The notes under the pieces were generated by a model that searched no databases, had not been told where the DNA came from, and worked only from the letters and a program-made list of their open reading frames with translations. A stretch of 64,000 nucleotides of DNA, taken from positions 16,609-80,608 of the forward strand of contig JALGWB010000001.1 of assembly GCA_025774405.1 (NCBI GenBank), written 5' to 3'. Source of the DNA: a bacterium. GTDB taxonomy: Bacteria > Arandabacterota > Arandabacteria > Arandabacterales > Arandabacteraceae. Shown one piece after another: positions 63,301 through 64,000 of this stretch. The first letter of the stretch is position 1. The number at the start of each line of letters is the position of its first letter. The position numbers and the translations under genes are program-made.

Positions 63301-64000
63301 GAGCTTGTCAAGGCTATTGGGAAAAAGATCCAAGCGGCATTCGAAACCCCTGAGGGCAAGGCCACAATCAAGACCGTCCTGGAGGCCTTTGGGGCCGCCA
63401 TAATTGGAGGCCTCGAATTCCTGACCCAGTTTCTGGAAAAACATAAATCTGACATTGTTGGCTGTATCACAGACACCCTGAACGCAATTACAGATGCAAT
63501 CACGAGTGGCCCAGAAACCCCTCCTCGACCCTCGTGGATGATACCAGATATCCCACCGCCGGTTCCTCCTAAGAAATCTGACCTCTCAGGAGTTGCTGGT
63601 GCGTTTGCGAGGTTCTTTACTACGGTACTAGAGATAGTACAGGCGTCCTTGATAGATTCAGGAGCCCTTGCAAATCTCGCTGGTGCGCTTATAAACGAAC
63701 TTGTGAAGTTCTTCGATCCAAAGAGTGGGCCAGGGGGCAAGCTAGTCACGGCTCTTACTGAGCTCTTTGTCTCTAGTCTCAGGTCTGCCATTGATACGCT
63801 CCTAGAAGCAGAGGAGGGGGAGGAGAACCGTCTTGTCAAGATTGGCAAGGCCATTGGGGGTGGAATAATAGCAGGGGTAGAAGAGAGCCTTAAGGGAACT
63901 CCTTTATCTGAAGCGTATGACCTTGAGGTAACCCCTGAAGGTGAAAGAAAGGCCAGAACCTTTGGGGGCTTGCTAGCTGCCATAGTCACTAATGCCTTTG
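60376..64000 (+). CDS. tape measure protein, 5-prime partial (open to window end)
   Basis: Frame 1 is open from the ATG at 60376 through 63999 (about 1208 codons, no stop); coiled-coil-rich N-terminus, 11-aa tandem repeats and TM-like segments typical of tape-measure proteins. Confidence 0.7.
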   Translation, partial: MPTDVFTTVFDFKSRNDKVVSKVAADLARLSKAAQSAGQQAIPPMVKSVNQMVAAFPKVSPRIMDISKALQRISEPAKVTGNLITALRADIMNVKKAGGPFSATARDIDKVLRKMSGTLLVLTSGTQVAEEGAKRFLSVLTKDAPPKIIALREEVARLEEELEAEQAIIKETGSLEEFAGVHKAASINVKDLKEKLKGVKGELKAVETPYKRAIAPIISTMEKLASGGRVTSGKITELMSRVRRLGKDFGYAAGWARPLVRRLSDMQRALVDTERAAKSQVSDALRPWSKTLQNVIAQFGTVPAPMQRIQKGMTDLQASFQAGSLSAKQVQRAINLVRVAGGELSAQQRAMIPKTLVSDLEKLFSVLKKNEAVQRELGRAMAFGFDRGEKEIKSLRRMQSVASGVMMGTSLLQGNIRSLAFSFVFLRFAQKKAVFQAAALTVAFGLLAKAVKLVISTLLSLIKGFLSIIVKAIKGAVSLITRLVKGICSLVVKLVKGAMSLAVKVLKGALGAAGGLLTSFLDLVNRIFSKVAEIIVRSVQRASTALQGLGKAILEATRKIPQIGEPYEKASASIRESIQKLLAVIGQPFVRDVILPLLEILARLANEVFSLARSFMTWVQKSGLWAAALQVWKDAIQDFMPTLREMWIGIKIILIGAIYLSIAAFKALGFIIGRVMKAVAGLWAWFKKWLKTMKPLWDSLRMMSQALKEMDWRAFLQGAKDFITNLPPQLYSALLAAIGLIALFFGAKLASAIATSLGGQAWGMAVNAIFIGLAAALLAGIIDFEKNPDFVTAWHKLLGAIAKALASGEYSDAFMMVGGALLAGIARGLTMFIMPKGAQGELSDRVTKGINEALGMVADKDVKGGVGKLGEVLEDVVSTEWLRVLIIGLAAALATAFGSPALGVAMAAGVGLMLRNVPEGKLKEELVSWTKDTFGPALAGALAALVVPPPKHVFRYPSEVEPDTSFLKRLATFAVELVKAIGKKIQAAFETPEGKATIKTVLEAFGAAIIGGLEFLTQFLEKHKSDIVGCITDTLNAITDAITSGPETPPRPSWMIPDIPPPVPPKKSDLSGVAGAFARFFTTVLEIVQASLIDSGALANLAGALINELVKFFDPKSGPGGKLVTALTELFVSSLRSAIDTLLEAEEGEENRLVKIGKAIGGGIIAGVEESLKGTPLSEAYDLEVTPEGERKARTFGGLLAAIVTNAF
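61720..61900 (+). repeat. about 33-bp tandem repeats encoding (x-LVKG-x-x-SL-x-x)n within the tape-measure gene
   Basis: KLVISTLLSLIKGFLSIIVKAIKGAVSLITRLVKGICSLVVKLVKGAMSLAVKVLKGAL read from the translation. Confidence 0.6.

Noticed and set aside
60585-63989. Minus-strand ORFs 60585..60974, 61183..61419, 61365..61619, 61680..61964 and the 474-aa 62565..63989
   Set aside because: They lie antisense to a continuous 3.6 kb plus-strand frame (the tape-measure gene) and translate to Ala/Ser/Pro-rich low-complexity sequence; classic shadow ORFs.

Overview
This window is densely coded tailed-phage DNA (siphovirus-like: HK97-fold capsid, tape-measure protein), either a phage genome segment or a prophage. 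It is not ordinary chromosomal sequence. The left arm (1-27.0 kb) is transcribed leftward and carries about 60 short early genes. Recognisable among them are a recombination/replication set (ERCC4 nuclease, RecT-like annealing protein, Cas4/RecB-like exonuclease, Rad3/DinG Fe-S helicase, RuvB-like AAA+ ATPase) and a DNA N4/N6 methyltransferase. The arm also holds HTH/RHH regulators, a secreted lytic transglycosylase, two HExxH metalloprotease-like proteins, many small zinc-ribbon proteins, a D-arm-less tRNA-like element, and two iteron-like repeat arrays. A 0.7 kb control region (27.06-27.77 kb) holds three GTTTACATAAyGG boxes, a consensus sigma70-like promoter and a 110-nt compound hairpin. 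From there the right arm (27.7-64 kb) runs rightward. It encodes an HNH-AP2 endonuclease and a large terminase split into ATPase and nuclease ORFs by a 535-bp insertion. A portal follows. Next is an ~11 kb block of about 8 glycosyltransferases and 6 SAM methyltransferases sitting inside the head module. After it comes a 1343-aa ORF fusing DNA-ligase-like, Dam-like and prohead-protease-like domains. The remaining genes are a scaffold-capsid fusion with two zinc ribbons, head-tail proteins, one more GT1 glycosyltransferase, major tail protein, chaperones, and a tape-measure gene running off the window end. No integrase was seen. Everything is inferred from motif reading of the translations; no database search was possible.
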